This document shows, one piece after another, positions 54,734 through 64,000 of a stretch of 64,000 nt of DNA (the first letter of the stretch is position 1; every line of letters begins with the position of its first letter). The notes under the pieces are model-generated. The model was not told where the DNA came from and did not search any database. It was given only the letters and a program-made list of their open reading frames with translations. The stretch is from contig JAADGE010000051.1 in the NCBI GenBank assembly GCA_013152535.1, positions 70,735 to 134,734 of the forward strand, given 5' to 3'. The position numbers and the translations under genes are program-made. Source of the stretch: Chlorobiota bacterium (lineage in GTDB: Bacteria > Bacteroidota > Bacteroidia > Bacteroidales > JAADGE01).

Positions 54734-56059
54734 ATGAAACTGAAAATTTTAGCAACAACTATCATTCTCACAAGTTTTTTCCGACTTTATTCTCAAAAAT
54801 CACTGCTTCAATCCGGACCTATGATAGGTTATTCTGAAATGTTTGAAGTAATGCTTTGGGCTCAAACTACAAAAGAAGCCGATGTTAAAATTATATATTT
54901 TGATATCAGCCATCCGAATCAAAAATATTCTACTAATACTGTTAAAACCAAAAAAAAAGATGCGTTTACCGCTCATCTTCTTGCTGATGAGGTTGAACCC
55001 GGACATATTTATAATTATGTACTTTATATTAATAACAAAAAAATTGACTTTAGCTATAGAACACAATTTCTAACTCAAAAACTATGGAAATGGCGAACAG
55101 ATCCCCCGGAATTTTCTTTTGCTTCCGGAAGCGGTACCTACATCAACGAACCGATATATGACAGACCGGGAAAAGGTTATGGCGGAGATTATCAGATTTT
55201 TGATAAGATTGTCGATAAAAAACCGGATTTTATGTTGTGGACGGGTGATAATATCTATCTCCGTGAACCTGACTGGAATACAAAAACCGGCATTTTACAC
55301 CGATACACAAATACACGTTCTGTTCCCGAAATGCAAAAATTACTTGCAAGCGTTCCTAATTATGCAATTTGGGATGACCATGATTTCGGTCCGAACGATT
55401 CAGATAAAAGTTTTTGGAATAAAAATGAAACACTGGCAGGGTTTAAGTTATTTTGGGGAAATCCCTCATACGGTATTGCCGGCATTAAAGGTGCGATAAC
55501 ATATTTCAATTGGGGAGACTGTGATTTCTTTTTATTGGATAACAGATATTGGCGCGATCCCAATAAACTTATTTCTGATAAGAAAACCATGCTTGGCAAG
55601 AAACAAAAAGAATGGTTAAAAAATGCTTTAACTTACAGTGATGCAAAATTCAAATTTATTGTTATGGGCGGGCAATTTCTTACAACAGGAGGAGCTTACG
55701 AAGTATATACAAATTACGGTTTCTCGAATGAACGAACAGAAATTATTGAATTTATTTACAAACAAAATATTAAAAATGTAATTTTTCTGACCGGCGACAG
55801 ACATCACTCTGAAATCAGCGTATTAAAAAATGGAAATAAACCAACAATTTATGATATCACAACTTCCCCTCTGACCTCTCATCACGCATCGGTAAATAAA
55901 GACGAAATTAACAGTCTCAGAGTAAACGGGTCATTAATAAATCAACGAAATTTTTCAGTTATCTCTGTTTCCGGAACAGAAAAAAACAGAACCTTAAAAG
56001 TAATTTTTTATGATTCAGACGGAAAATTCATTTATAATTATGAAATAAAACCCGAATAA
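54734..56059 (+). CDS. phoD: PhoD-family alkaline phosphatase / metallophosphoesterase
   Basis: Signal peptide, an N-terminal PhoD_N-like beta domain, and metallophosphatase motifs WTGDNIYL, IWDDHDFGPND and LTGDRHHSE. Confidence 0.85.
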   Translation: MKLKILATTIILTSFFRLYSQKSLLQSGPMIGYSEMFEVMLWAQTTKEADVKIIYFDISHPNQKYSTNTVKTKKKDAFTAHLLADEVEPGHIYNYVLYINNKKIDFSYRTQFLTQKLWKWRTDPPEFSFASGSGTYINEPIYDRPGKGYGGDYQIFDKIVDKKPDFMLWTGDNIYLREPDWNTKTGILHRYTNTRSVPEMQKLLASVPNYAIWDDHDFGPNDSDKSFWNKNETLAGFKLFWGNPSYGIAGIKGAITYFNWGDCDFFLLDNRYWRDPNKLISDKKTMLGKKQKEWLKNALTYSDAKFKFIVMGGQFLTTGGAYEVYTNYGFSNERTEIIEFIYKQNIKNVIFLTGDRHHSEISVLKNGNKPTIYDITTSPLTSHHASVNKDEINSLRVNGSLINQRNFSVISVSGTEKNRTLKVIFYDSDGKFIYNYEIKPE

Positions 56060-56110
56060 AATAAAAAAGGATGCCGCTTTCTGCACCCTTCAATTTCATT
56101 TTCAGGTATA

Positions 56111-56542
56111 TTATTTTACAATTATTTCTGATGTCATTTTAACACCGGCTTTTCTGTAAACTTCACTTACTCCGCAATAACGTTCTTCCGACAAACTTAC
56201 GGCTTTTTTAAGTTTATCAAGCGGTAATTCAATGCCTTCTTTTGCCGTAAAAATATATTTCACATGCATTGCAATATAATGTTTCGGGTGTTCTGTTGTA
56301 AGTTCTCCGTCAACTTCAACACTAAAATCAGTCAAATTTGCAGACACTTTCATCTTTTTTAAAATAGAAATAACATCCATTCCCGTACACCCGCCTAAAG
56401 ATGCCAACATAAAAGATTTCGGTTGCGGACCTCGATTTTCGCCTCCTACAGCTTCTGTTGCATCAATCATTACTTTATGACCTTTAACATCCCATTCAAA
56501 AGCCATATTTCCTTTCCAATTTGTTTTTACTGTTTCATTCAT
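56111..56542 (-). CDS. osmC: OsmC-family peroxiredoxin-like protein
   Basis: 143 aa with the two conserved Cys contexts LASLGGCTGMD and SEERYCGVS. Confidence 0.88.
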   Translation of the reverse strand: MNETVKTNWKGNMAFEWDVKGHKVMIDATEAVGGENRGPQPKSFMLASLGGCTGMDVISILKKMKVSANLTDFSVEVDGELTTEHPKHYIAMHVKYIFTAKEGIELPLDKLKKAVSLSEERYCGVSEVYRKAGVKMTSEIIVK

Positions 56543-56635
56543 ATTTTCTCTTTTTTTAGTATGAACTTATTTAACTAATTTTATAAAAAAAACAAAAATA
56601 AAGAAAATATTAACCGCTAACAATTTAAAATTCCT

Positions 56636-56643
56636 TAATTTTG
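56636..56643 (+). promoter_or_regulatory. Bacteroidota -7 promoter box for the Crp/Fnr gene
   Basis: TAATTTTG lies 16 nt upstream of the ATG at 56660. Confidence 0.4.
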
Positions 56644-56659
56644 CATATTTTATATACTT

Positions 56660-57358
56660 ATGGGATATTCTGAATTTAATACTTGCGAAACGTGTTTTGT
56701 AAATAATGATATTTTTCGAAAAATCACAAAAGACGAAATTGATATTTTATCTTATATAAAAAACTGTAATAACTATGATAAAGGCGATATAATTTACAGT
56801 GAAGGGAGTCGGATTTCCGGAGTGTATTGTTTGAATTCCGGAATTGTAAAACATTACAAAACCGGAAATGACGGCAAAGAACAAATTATACGTTTTTCAA
56901 AAGCCGGTGAGATTTTCGGTTATCGTTCCGTATTATCAAACGAAGCAGCTTGCACTACGGCAAAAGTTGTAGAAGAAAGTTCTGTATGTTTTATTCCTGC
57001 TTCGCATTTTATGAAACTGATAAATAATAATTCAGGTTTTGCAATGAGTGTTATAAAGCTGTCTTGCAGGGAACTGGGAGATGCAAATCAATATATTCTT
57101 GATATAGCACAAAAAAATGTAAGAGAACGATTAGCTGAAATATTATTACTTCTTTATGAAAATTTCGGAGAAAATAAAGACGGTGATTTAAATATTTTTC
57201 TTACTCGTGAAGAACTTGCCGGATTGGTGGGTACTGCCACAGAATCAGTAATACGGTTACTCTCCGAATTTAAAAAAGACGGATTAATTGAATTGAATAA
57301 AAGAAAGATTAAAATCATTGATTTGAAAAAATTAAAACATATTTCGCAAAATTATTAG
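56660..57358 (+). CDS. Crp/Fnr-family transcriptional regulator
   Basis: cNMP-binding beta-roll (GDIIYSEGSRISGVYCLNSGIVKHYK...GKEQIIRF...GEIFGYRS) plus a C-terminal HTH (TREELAGLVGTATESVIRLLSEFKKDGLI). The N-terminal CETC may hint at an Fnr-like Cys cluster but is incomplete. Confidence 0.9.
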   Translation: MGYSEFNTCETCFVNNDIFRKITKDEIDILSYIKNCNNYDKGDIIYSEGSRISGVYCLNSGIVKHYKTGNDGKEQIIRFSKAGEIFGYRSVLSNEAACTTAKVVEESSVCFIPASHFMKLINNNSGFAMSVIKLSCRELGDANQYILDIAQKNVRERLAEILLLLYENFGENKDGDLNIFLTREELAGLVGTATESVIRLLSEFKKDGLIELNKRKIKIIDLKKLKHISQNY

Positions 57359-57374
57359 TTTTCAAAATATAATT

Positions 57375-57881
57375 ATGATAACAGCCGAATTTAATAATAA
57401 AAATTACAGAATAGATTTTGTTGAAAATACATATTTGAAAGGAAAAATAAATAATAATAACTTTCTGATTGACAAAATAATAAACAATGAAAATTCTTTT
57501 CATGTTTTGTTTAAACAAAAATCATTTAATATAAATATTATTTCTGTCGATACAGAAGAAAAAAAAGTTTTGCTGAACATTAATAACAATTCTTATACAA
57601 TAAAACTAACCGAAGAATTAGATATTTTGTTGAAAAAAATGGGTATTAAAAATCAAACTGAAAAAATAAAAAAAGAACTGAAAGCCCCTATGCCGGGATT
57701 AATTGTAAAAATTCCCGTAAAAAAAGGGGACTTTTTGAAACAAGGTGAGATTTTACTCGTATTAGAAGCTATGAAGATGGAAAATAATCTAAAAGCCGAA
57801 CATGATATTACAATTAAAAATATTCTTGTACAAAACGGTAATTCTGTTGAAAAAAATGAAGTCCTGATTATTTTTGAATAA
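57375..57881 (+). CDS. Biotin carboxyl carrier (biotinyl/lipoyl attachment domain) protein
   Basis: C-terminal APMPGLIVKIPVKKGDFLKQGEILLVLEAMKMENNLKAE contains the AMKM biotinylation motif. No carboxylase or decarboxylase subunits are adjacent. Confidence 0.85.
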   Translation: MITAEFNNKNYRIDFVENTYLKGKINNNNFLIDKIINNENSFHVLFKQKSFNINIISVDTEEKKVLLNINNNSYTIKLTEELDILLKKMGIKNQTEKIKKELKAPMPGLIVKIPVKKGDFLKQGEILLVLEAMKMENNLKAEHDITIKNILVQNGNSVEKNEVLIIFE

Positions 57882-57892
57882 GTAAACTTTTT

Positions 57893-60800
57893 ATGAAACA
57901 ATTTTTTTTCAAAAATATATTGTTTTTATTTCTGTTAGCATCCGAAATTTTAACAGCACAAAATAAATCCTTAAATGTTCGGCATTACTCCATCAGTGAC
58001 GGACTTTCTCAGAGCTTTACAACTGATATTTGCCAAGATAAATTAGGTTATATTTGGATAGGAACACAAGACGGGTTAAATCGTTTTGACGGTTATAAAT
58101 TCAAAATATTCAGGCAAAACCCGGCAAATAAATATTCAATATCAGATAATTACATTGTTGATTTATTTGCATCCGAAGACTCATTACTTTGGATTGTCAA
58201 CAACAGCGGCTTAGAAGTTTATAATTATAAAACAAACCGGTTTAAAAGTATTCTAAAAAATAAACAAAGCAAATATTCAACATACTCTACGAATATTAAG
58301 GCAGTTACGGTTGATAAGAAGGGTATTGTTTGGTTGCGAACAATTCAAAGTATTATTGAATATAATCCCCGAAAAAATAATTTCTTTGAGTATAAAATAT
58401 ATCCGGAAAATATAAACTCAGGAGGCGGGGTCTTTGACATATATAAATTAGCAGACGATTCTGAAAATTTATGGACAGGATCTTCTAACGGACTTGTTAA
58501 ATTCAATAAACAGGCAAAAAAATTTACTACTTATAAATACAATAAAAAGGATACAACAGATAATAATATTTATACAATTTTTATTGAAAACAATAATAAA
58601 ATTTGGGCAGGTTCAAAAGATAAACTTTTCCTTTTTAATACAAAAAATGAAACCTTCAGCGAATATAAAACTAAAATAAATTTAGAACAAATTCAATCCA
58701 TTTATGTTGACAAAAATAATATAGCAATAGGAACCGTAAACGGAATTTATTACAGTTCACCGGGGAATACATTACATAAATTAAATCTTGAAGATTATAT
58801 TTACGATGAAATTAAAATAGGAAATGTTTCAAATATTTTCAAAGATTCTTCGAATATATTATGGGTATCAACAGACTTCGGTATTTTTAAAATTAATTCT
58901 AAAAAAACAAATTTTGAACTTTATCGAAAAGATAAGAACAACAAACTTAATTTTTCGTCTAATACAATTTATTCAGTTTATCATGATATAAAAACCGATG
59001 CAATATGGTTCGGTACAAGAGGTTTTGGTCTTAATCTATTTTACAGAAAATCAGGAAGAGTATTACACTTTAATAAAGATAATTCTAACATCCCCGATAA
59101 TAATATATATTGTATTGTAAAAGGTCCGAACCGTAATTTATGGATTGGTACGAATAACGGACCTGCAATATGGTTATACAAAAAATCCGAATTCATTAAA
59201 TTTAATCAATTCACAAATCAAAATTTTGATTCTGTTTTTTTAAATAATCGTTTATCTAACATCATGTTCGATAAAAAAACGATTTGGTTTTCTACATACA
59301 AAGGACTTTATAAATACGAAAACAGAAAATTAACAGCATATACAAAAAAAGATATCGGGAACAGCATTGTTGACAATCAAACTTTTAAAACCATTAAAAG
59401 CAGTACGGGCGATTATTGGATTGCAACTTTATACGGATTAAGTAAGCTTAATCCTAAAACAGGAACTTTCACAAATTACACCCACGATAATAATAAAATA
59501 AGTAACAATATTGTTCCTGTTGTTTTTGAAAGTTCGGATTCTGTAATTTGGGCAGGAACAGGAACAGGATTAAACAAATATATTCCGAAAAAAGATTCAT
59601 TTATATTTTACACATCACAAAGTAACGGTTTCAGTAATGATTTCATATATACAATAGTTGAAGATAATTATAAAAATTTGTGGATGAGTACCAACAGGGG
59701 AATTATTAAATTTAATCCTTACACAAATGAAGTAACAAATTTCTCAAAAGAAGATAATTTACAAGGATATGAGTTCAATGTTAATGCTGTATATAAAGAT
59801 AAAAACAATGAAATTTTTTGGGGTGGAGTTCAAGGTCTTAATTCATTAAAACTAAATAAAATAAAAAAAAATACATTCGTTCCTAAACCCATTATTACCC
59901 ACTTCTTCATACATACAAAAAAAGGTATTAAAGAAATAGTTTTAGGTAATAAAAAAATAATTAATCTGTCCTATAAGGAAAACAGTTTCGATATTCGATT
60001 TGCCGTTCCCGAATATTCAAATCCGTTAAAAAATAAATTTAAATACAGAATTAAGGAATCCGGAAAAGAATGGACTGATTTAGGAAACAATAATTTTATT
60101 AACTTTTTCCAACTTGCATCCGGAACATACACATTTCAAGTCATAGGAGCAAACAGTGACAACTGCTGGAACATTGATCCGACTGAAATTATTATTAATA
60201 TCAGCACGCGGTGGTGGCTTACAACCGGTGCTTACATTATATATATTTTTATTCTTCTGAGTATTATCGGTATCGGGTTTTTAATTTATAATAAAGAAAT
60301 ACGAAAAGAAAACAAAATTCTGCAGGAAAAACAAATTGCAGCAAAACAAGTTGAAAAACAAAAGGAATTATTAGCAATTAAAAATAATAATATTGCCGAA
60401 AGTATGCGTTATGCATCAGGTATTATAAATGCACTTATTCCTACAAATGAACAAATCAAAAAAATCATTCCCGATTCTTTTGTTTTATTTATGTCAAAAG
60501 AAATCGTAAGCGGCGATTTTTATTGGATTGAAGAAACCGAAGATAAAATTTTCATAGCTGCTGTTGATTGTACAGGACACGGTGTACCCGGAGCATTTAT
60601 GTCAATTATCGGATTAGATTTACTCAGAAATATTACCGAATCAGGAATTAACACACCCTCAAAAATATTAGACCATTTAAACAGGGGAATTTATTCAATG
60701 TTTCGAAATGAAGAACACGGACACAAATTAAAAGACGGCATGGATCTCAGCATAATTGCCGTACACAAAAATAAAAATATTGTTGAATTTGCCGGAGCAA

Positions 60801-61153
60801 TGAATCAAATGTATCTTATTCGCGATGATAAAATTCACGAAATCAAAGGAGATCGTTTTTCTGTTTCACCAATCAACTATTTAACTTACGGTTCATACAC
60901 AAATCATATGATTAATATTGAAGAAAATGATATGATTTATTTATTTTCTGACGGTTATGTCGATCAATTCGGCGGACCTGAAGAAAAAAAATTCAAATAT
61001 CGGAGATTTCGTCATATGCTTTTAAATAATTATGAAAAACCACTTACCGAACAAAAAAATATTTTAAAACGTGTAATTAATACTTGGAGGGGTACTTTAG
61101 AACAAATTGATGATATATTAGTAATTGGTGTGAAAATTCATACAAACAATTGA
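57893..61153 (+). CDS. Hybrid sensor: periplasmic two-component-regulator-propeller + Y_Y_Y domain, one TM, cytoplasmic PP2C/SpoIIE-type phosphatase
   Basis: Signal peptide. Many Reg_prop-like repeats (GLSQSFTTDICQDKLGYIWIGTQDGLNRFDG..., LWVSTDFGIFKIN, IWAGTGTGLNKY, LWMSTNRGIIKFN). Y_Y_Y-like segment (FKYRIKESGKEWTDLG). TM (AYIIYIFILLSIIGIGFLIY). Coiled coil. SpoIIE motifs (SGDFYWI, AAVDCTGHGVPGAFMS, DGMDLS, LFSDGYVDQFGG, DDILVIGVKI). Confidence 0.8.
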   Translation: MKQFFFKNILFLFLLASEILTAQNKSLNVRHYSISDGLSQSFTTDICQDKLGYIWIGTQDGLNRFDGYKFKIFRQNPANKYSISDNYIVDLFASEDSLLWIVNNSGLEVYNYKTNRFKSILKNKQSKYSTYSTNIKAVTVDKKGIVWLRTIQSIIEYNPRKNNFFEYKIYPENINSGGGVFDIYKLADDSENLWTGSSNGLVKFNKQAKKFTTYKYNKKDTTDNNIYTIFIENNNKIWAGSKDKLFLFNTKNETFSEYKTKINLEQIQSIYVDKNNIAIGTVNGIYYSSPGNTLHKLNLEDYIYDEIKIGNVSNIFKDSSNILWVSTDFGIFKINSKKTNFELYRKDKNNKLNFSSNTIYSVYHDIKTDAIWFGTRGFGLNLFYRKSGRVLHFNKDNSNIPDNNIYCIVKGPNRNLWIGTNNGPAIWLYKKSEFIKFNQFTNQNFDSVFLNNRLSNIMFDKKTIWFSTYKGLYKYENRKLTAYTKKDIGNSIVDNQTFKTIKSSTGDYWIATLYGLSKLNPKTGTFTNYTHDNNKISNNIVPVVFESSDSVIWAGTGTGLNKYIPKKDSFIFYTSQSNGFSNDFIYTIVEDNYKNLWMSTNRGIIKFNPYTNEVTNFSKEDNLQGYEFNVNAVYKDKNNEIFWGGVQGLNSLKLNKIKKNTFVPKPIITHFFIHTKKGIKEIVLGNKKIINLSYKENSFDIRFAVPEYSNPLKNKFKYRIKESGKEWTDLGNNNFINFFQLASGTYTFQVIGANSDNCWNIDPTEIIINISTRWWLTTGAYIIYIFILLSIIGIGFLIYNKEIRKENKILQEKQIAAKQVEKQKELLAIKNNNIAESMRYASGIINALIPTNEQIKKIIPDSFVLFMSKEIVSGDFYWIEETEDKIFIAAVDCTGHGVPGAFMSIIGLDLLRNITESGINTPSKILDHLNRGIYSMFRNEEHGHKLKDGMDLSIIAVHKNKNIVEFAGAMNQMYLIRDDKIHEIKGDRFSVSPINYLTYGSYTNHMINIEENDMIYLFSDGYVDQFGGPEEKKFKYRRFRHMLLNNYEKPLTEQKNILKRVINTWRGTLEQIDDILVIGVKIHTNN

Positions 61154-61293
61154 TATTATTTAGGAAAATTAAGGAGGGACTTTCTGGAAATGCAAAGTTT
61201 TTTTAAAATCACCGATTATTTTGCAAGTTGCGGCATCCGACCTCAAAATACACAAAATATGATTAACAGGCATCTGCCATTTGCCGGATATCT

Positions 61294-62397
61294 CTATTTA
61301 TATCTTTCGTAAACATATTTTATTCCCGATAACAAATCTATTTTATCTTTCCATCCTAATGCATGTAATTTACTGACATCAAGCAGTTTTTGAAACGTAC
61401 CGTCCGGTTTGCTTTCGTCCCAAATAAGTTCTCCCCTGTAACCCGTTACATCATTCTTAATCATTTCGGCAAGTTCTTTTATCGAAATATCTTTACCTGT
61501 TCCGATATTAATGTGCGTATTTCGTACTTCTACATTTGTAAGCGGAAACTGTGGATTTTCAACATTAAAATTATTTTTTAAAATATCTTTAAAATCAATG
61601 TTCTCAGCAATAAAAACTGTTGCATCAGCCAAATCATCAGCATGCAAAAATTCTCTTCTCGGTTTTCCGCTGCCCCACAACCTTACAGATTTTTTTGTGA
61701 TACCGTATTTTTTAAGAACTCGAACAATATTTGCTTTTTCATCGCTTCCGCTGATACCGTCAATCGGCATCTTATTCAAATCTTGTCTCACAAAACAAAA
61801 AATATCTTCATTCAAAGCTTTCGCCAAGTGCATTTTGCGTATTAATGCCGGCAGAACATGCGATTTTTCCAAATCAAAATTATCGTTGTAACCGTATAAA
61901 TTTGTCGGCATCACAGCCAGATAGTTTGTTCCGTATTGCAAATTATAACTTTCAATCATTTTTATTCCGGCAATTTTTGCAACGGCATACGGCTCATTTG
62001 TATATTCAAGTTCAGAACTTAATAAATACTCTTCCTTCATCGGTTGCGGACTGTTTTTTGGATAAATACACGAACTGCCGAGAAAAATTAATTTCTTAAC
62101 ACCGCTTAAATACGATTGATGAATAATATTATTCTGAATTTGAAGATTTTCGTATATAAATTCTGCACGATAAGTATTATTTGCAACAATACCTCCGACT
62201 TTTGCTGCTGCCAAAAAAACAATTTCAGGATTCTCCTTTTTAAAAAAATCTTTTACTTCTTTAGTGTCTGTTAAATCATAATCGGAATGCGGAGTAAATA
62301 TCAAATTTTCATACCCTTTTGATTGTAAATTCCTTACAATCGCACTGCCGACTAATCCCGTATTTCCGGCAATATATATTTTTGAATTAATGTTCAT
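61294..62397 (-). CDS. fcl: GDP-L-fucose synthase
   Basis: IYIAGNTGLVGSA Rossmann start, LGSSCIYP, the catalytic YAVAKIAG and MPTNLYG. A long insertion (residues ~200-245), as in the longer Bacteroidota forms, precedes WGSGKPRREFLH.DD. Confidence 0.9.
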   Translation of the reverse strand: MNINSKIYIAGNTGLVGSAIVRNLQSKGYENLIFTPHSDYDLTDTKEVKDFFKKENPEIVFLAAAKVGGIVANNTYRAEFIYENLQIQNNIIHQSYLSGVKKLIFLGSSCIYPKNSPQPMKEEYLLSSELEYTNEPYAVAKIAGIKMIESYNLQYGTNYLAVMPTNLYGYNDNFDLEKSHVLPALIRKMHLAKALNEDIFCFVRQDLNKMPIDGISGSDEKANIVRVLKKYGITKKSVRLWGSGKPRREFLHADDLADATVFIAENIDFKDILKNNFNVENPQFPLTNVEVRNTHINIGTGKDISIKELAEMIKNDVTGYRGELIWDESKPDGTFQKLLDVSKLHALGWKDKIDLLSGIKYVYERYK

Positions 62398-62465
62398 CTG
62401 TTTTATAACTTAAAGTTCAAAATAAACAAATATTTTTATATTTGAGAAATTATAAAAACCAAACT

Positions 62466-63116
62466 ATGCAATTAAAACGATTTACATTCAGCCCTTTTGA
62501 GGTAAATACATATATTCTTTACGATAAATCCAAAGAATGTATCATCATTGATCCTGCCTGTAATAATAAACAAGAACAAGATTATTTGCTTAATTTTATA
62601 AAAGAAAACCGATTAAAACCCGTAAAATTATTAAACACACATTGCCATCTCGACCACATTTTCGGAAATAAATTTATTGCGGACACCTTTAATTTAGAAA
62701 CCGAAGCTCATAAAGAAGAAGAAAATAACATTAACAACGCTTTAAATGCAGCACATTTATACGGAATACAAATGAAAGAACCCTATCCTATAAAAAAATA
62801 TATTAATGAAAACGACCTTATTAAGTTCGGCTTTTCCGAATTAAAAACCTTGCATGTTCCGGGGCATACTGCCGGAAGTTTGGTTTTTTATAATATTGAA
62901 GATAATTTTGCAATTGTTGGTGATGTACTTTTTAAAAGCAGTATAGGGCGAACTGATTTACCCGGAGGAAATTACGAAACTTTAATTTCTCAAATTAAAA
63001 CAAAATTATTCAACTTACCGGAAAAAATGAATGTTTATCCCGGACACGGACCCGAAACAAATATCGGTTTTGAAAAGCATCACAATCCTTTTTTAAATGA
63101 CGAAAAATACACATAG
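62466..63116 (+). CDS. MBL-fold metallo-hydrolase (glyoxalase II-like)
   Basis: Start taken at the ATG at 62466 (MQLKRFTFSPFEVNTYIL). THCHLDHIFG metal motif, HVPGHTAGS, GDVLF..SIGRTDLPGG and PGHGPET. Confidence 0.85.
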   Translation: MQLKRFTFSPFEVNTYILYDKSKECIIIDPACNNKQEQDYLLNFIKENRLKPVKLLNTHCHLDHIFGNKFIADTFNLETEAHKEEENNINNALNAAHLYGIQMKEPYPIKKYINENDLIKFGFSELKTLHVPGHTAGSLVFYNIEDNFAIVGDVLFKSSIGRTDLPGGNYETLISQIKTKLFNLPEKMNVYPGHGPETNIGFEKHHNPFLNDEKYT

Positions 63117-63208
63117 AAAAATTTCTGTTAATATCAACATTTTATACATTTATGTTATTAAATATGTTTTTTAATATATATATTCAAAGAAAAGACAAAC
63201 GAACTTTT

Positions 63209-63216
63209 TAATTTTG
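63209..63216 (+). promoter_or_regulatory. Bacteroidota -7 promoter box for gcvP
   Basis: TAATTTTG lies 32 nt upstream of the ATG at 63249. Confidence 0.4.
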
Positions 63217-63248
63217 CATTTATTATTTATTTATAAGATACAGCAATT

Positions 63249-64000
63249 ATGCAAACATCAGATTTTAAATACAGACACATAGGTCCTCGTGAAAAAGACA
63301 TTAAAGAAATGCTTTCCGTAATCGGACTGTCATCAATTGATGAATTAATTAAAAAAACCGTTCCGGATGCTATTCTTTTAAAAAAAGATTTGGAGTTGGA
63401 AGAACCGATGAGCGAATATGACTATCAAAAATACATTCAAAAGATACTTGCAAAAAATAAAATATTCAAAACATACATCGGACAAGGTTATTATAATACC
63501 GTTACGCCTGCTGTCATTTCACGAAATATTTTTGAAAATCCGGTTTGGTACACGTCTTACACTCCCTACCAAGCCGAAATTTCGCAAGGCAGATTAGAAG
63601 CGTTGTTAAATTTTCAAACAGTAATTACCGAACTGACAGGCTGTGAAATTGCTAACGCATCATTACTTGATGAAGCATCAGCTGCTGCTGAAGCAATGAT
63701 TATGACGGCACATAATCGTAACAAAAAAGACATTCAAAATGGTGTTAATGTTTATTTTGTTGATGAAAATATTTTTCCTCAAACATTAGATGTTTTAATC
63801 GGAAAAGCAGAACCTCTCGGTATTATTATTGAAACCGGCAACTTTAAAACTTTTAAAATTCATAATAAAATTTTCGGAGCATTAATACAATACCCGGGTG
63901 CCGACGGTGAAATTCCCGATTTTTCCGGCTTTGCTCAGAAATTACACGAAAAAGGATTACTTTTAAGTGTTGCAGCCGATATTTTAAGTTTAGCAATTCT
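63249..64000 (+). CDS. gcvP: Glycine dehydrogenase (aminomethyl-transferring), single-chain P protein (3' end outside the window)
   Basis: Not in the ORF track because the frame is still open at the window end. Reads MQTSDFKYRHIGPREKDIKEMLSVIG...YIGQGYYNTVTPAVISRNIFENPVWYTSYTPYQAEISQGRLEALLNFQTVITELTG..IANASLLDEASAAAEAM. Confidence 0.93.
   Translation, partial: MQTSDFKYRHIGPREKDIKEMLSVIGLSSIDELIKKTVPDAILLKKDLELEEPMSEYDYQKYIQKILAKNKIFKTYIGQGYYNTVTPAVISRNIFENPVWYTSYTPYQAEISQGRLEALLNFQTVITELTGCEIANASLLDEASAAAEAMIMTAHNRNKKDIQNGVNVYFVDENIFPQTLDVLIGKAEPLGIIIETGNFKTFKIHNKIFGALIQYPGADGEIPDFSGFAQKLHEKGLLLSVAADILSLAI

Noticed and set aside
61172-61312. 40-codon ORF (ATG 61190, MQSFFKITDYFASCGIRPQN...) preceded by a rare AGGAGG Shine-Dalgarno-like hexamer.
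   Set aside because: The 12-nt spacing is long and there is no -7 box. The ORF runs into the 3' end of fcl on the opposite strand, and no motif is recognisable. The evidence is insufficient for a gene call.
63117-63248. Glycine riboswitch upstream of gcvP.
   Set aside because: The -7 box at 63209 leaves only a ~30-nt AT-rich leader. This is far too short and unstructured for a glycine riboswitch aptamer.
1-64000. CRISPR arrays, rRNA genes, IS elements or transposases, integrases, reverse transcriptases.
   Set aside because: I found no regularly spaced direct repeats of CRISPR size. No long ORF has a transposase, integrase or RT motif, and there is no rRNA-like G+C-rich non-coding block. The only tandem repeats are the 294-bp intragenic duplication and the 10-nt mini-array before atpF.

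Overview
Visibly AT-rich chromosomal segment with the hallmarks of a Bacteroidota genome. These are a GldH-like gliding lipoprotein, ECF sigma/FecR modules with SusC-type N-terminal domains, many TAnnTTTG -7 promoter boxes with short or absent leaders, and an atpBEFHAG operon without atpDC. Most of the window is housekeeping: a membrane pyrophosphatase (5' partial), tsaD, a TamB-like giant protein, thiolase, manA, an ABC exporter pair, a U32-family protein, a DEAD-box helicase, rlmH, F-type ATP synthase, waaA, tRNA-Gln, folK, hbd, ferredoxin, phoD, osmC, a Crp regulator, fcl and gcvP (3' partial). It is rich in orphan signalling proteins. I found no rRNA, CRISPR array, transposase or integrase. 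The points most worth a second look are: (1) An ECF sigma/FecR pair is translationally coupled to a 501-aa STN + carboxypeptidase-regulatory-like protein that is too short to be a TonB-dependent transducer, and a barrel-less paralog sits just upstream (17.4-23.2 kb). (2) A small decaying accessory islet (29.8-33.8 kb) holds an intact higBA module with a palindromic operator, an antitoxin next to a doubly inactivated ParE/RelE toxin, an ATPase remnant, a nonsense-interrupted membrane ORF and a recently tandem-duplicated secreted protein. (3) An acyl-CoA-binding protein and an unknown secreted protein are inserted between atpA and atpG. (4) A umuC-type polymerase gene is split by a 1-nt change in a homopolymer and has no umuD. 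(5) A beta-propeller/Y_Y_Y periplasmic sensor is fused to a PP2C phosphatase. All functional calls come from reading motifs in the supplied translations; no database search was run.
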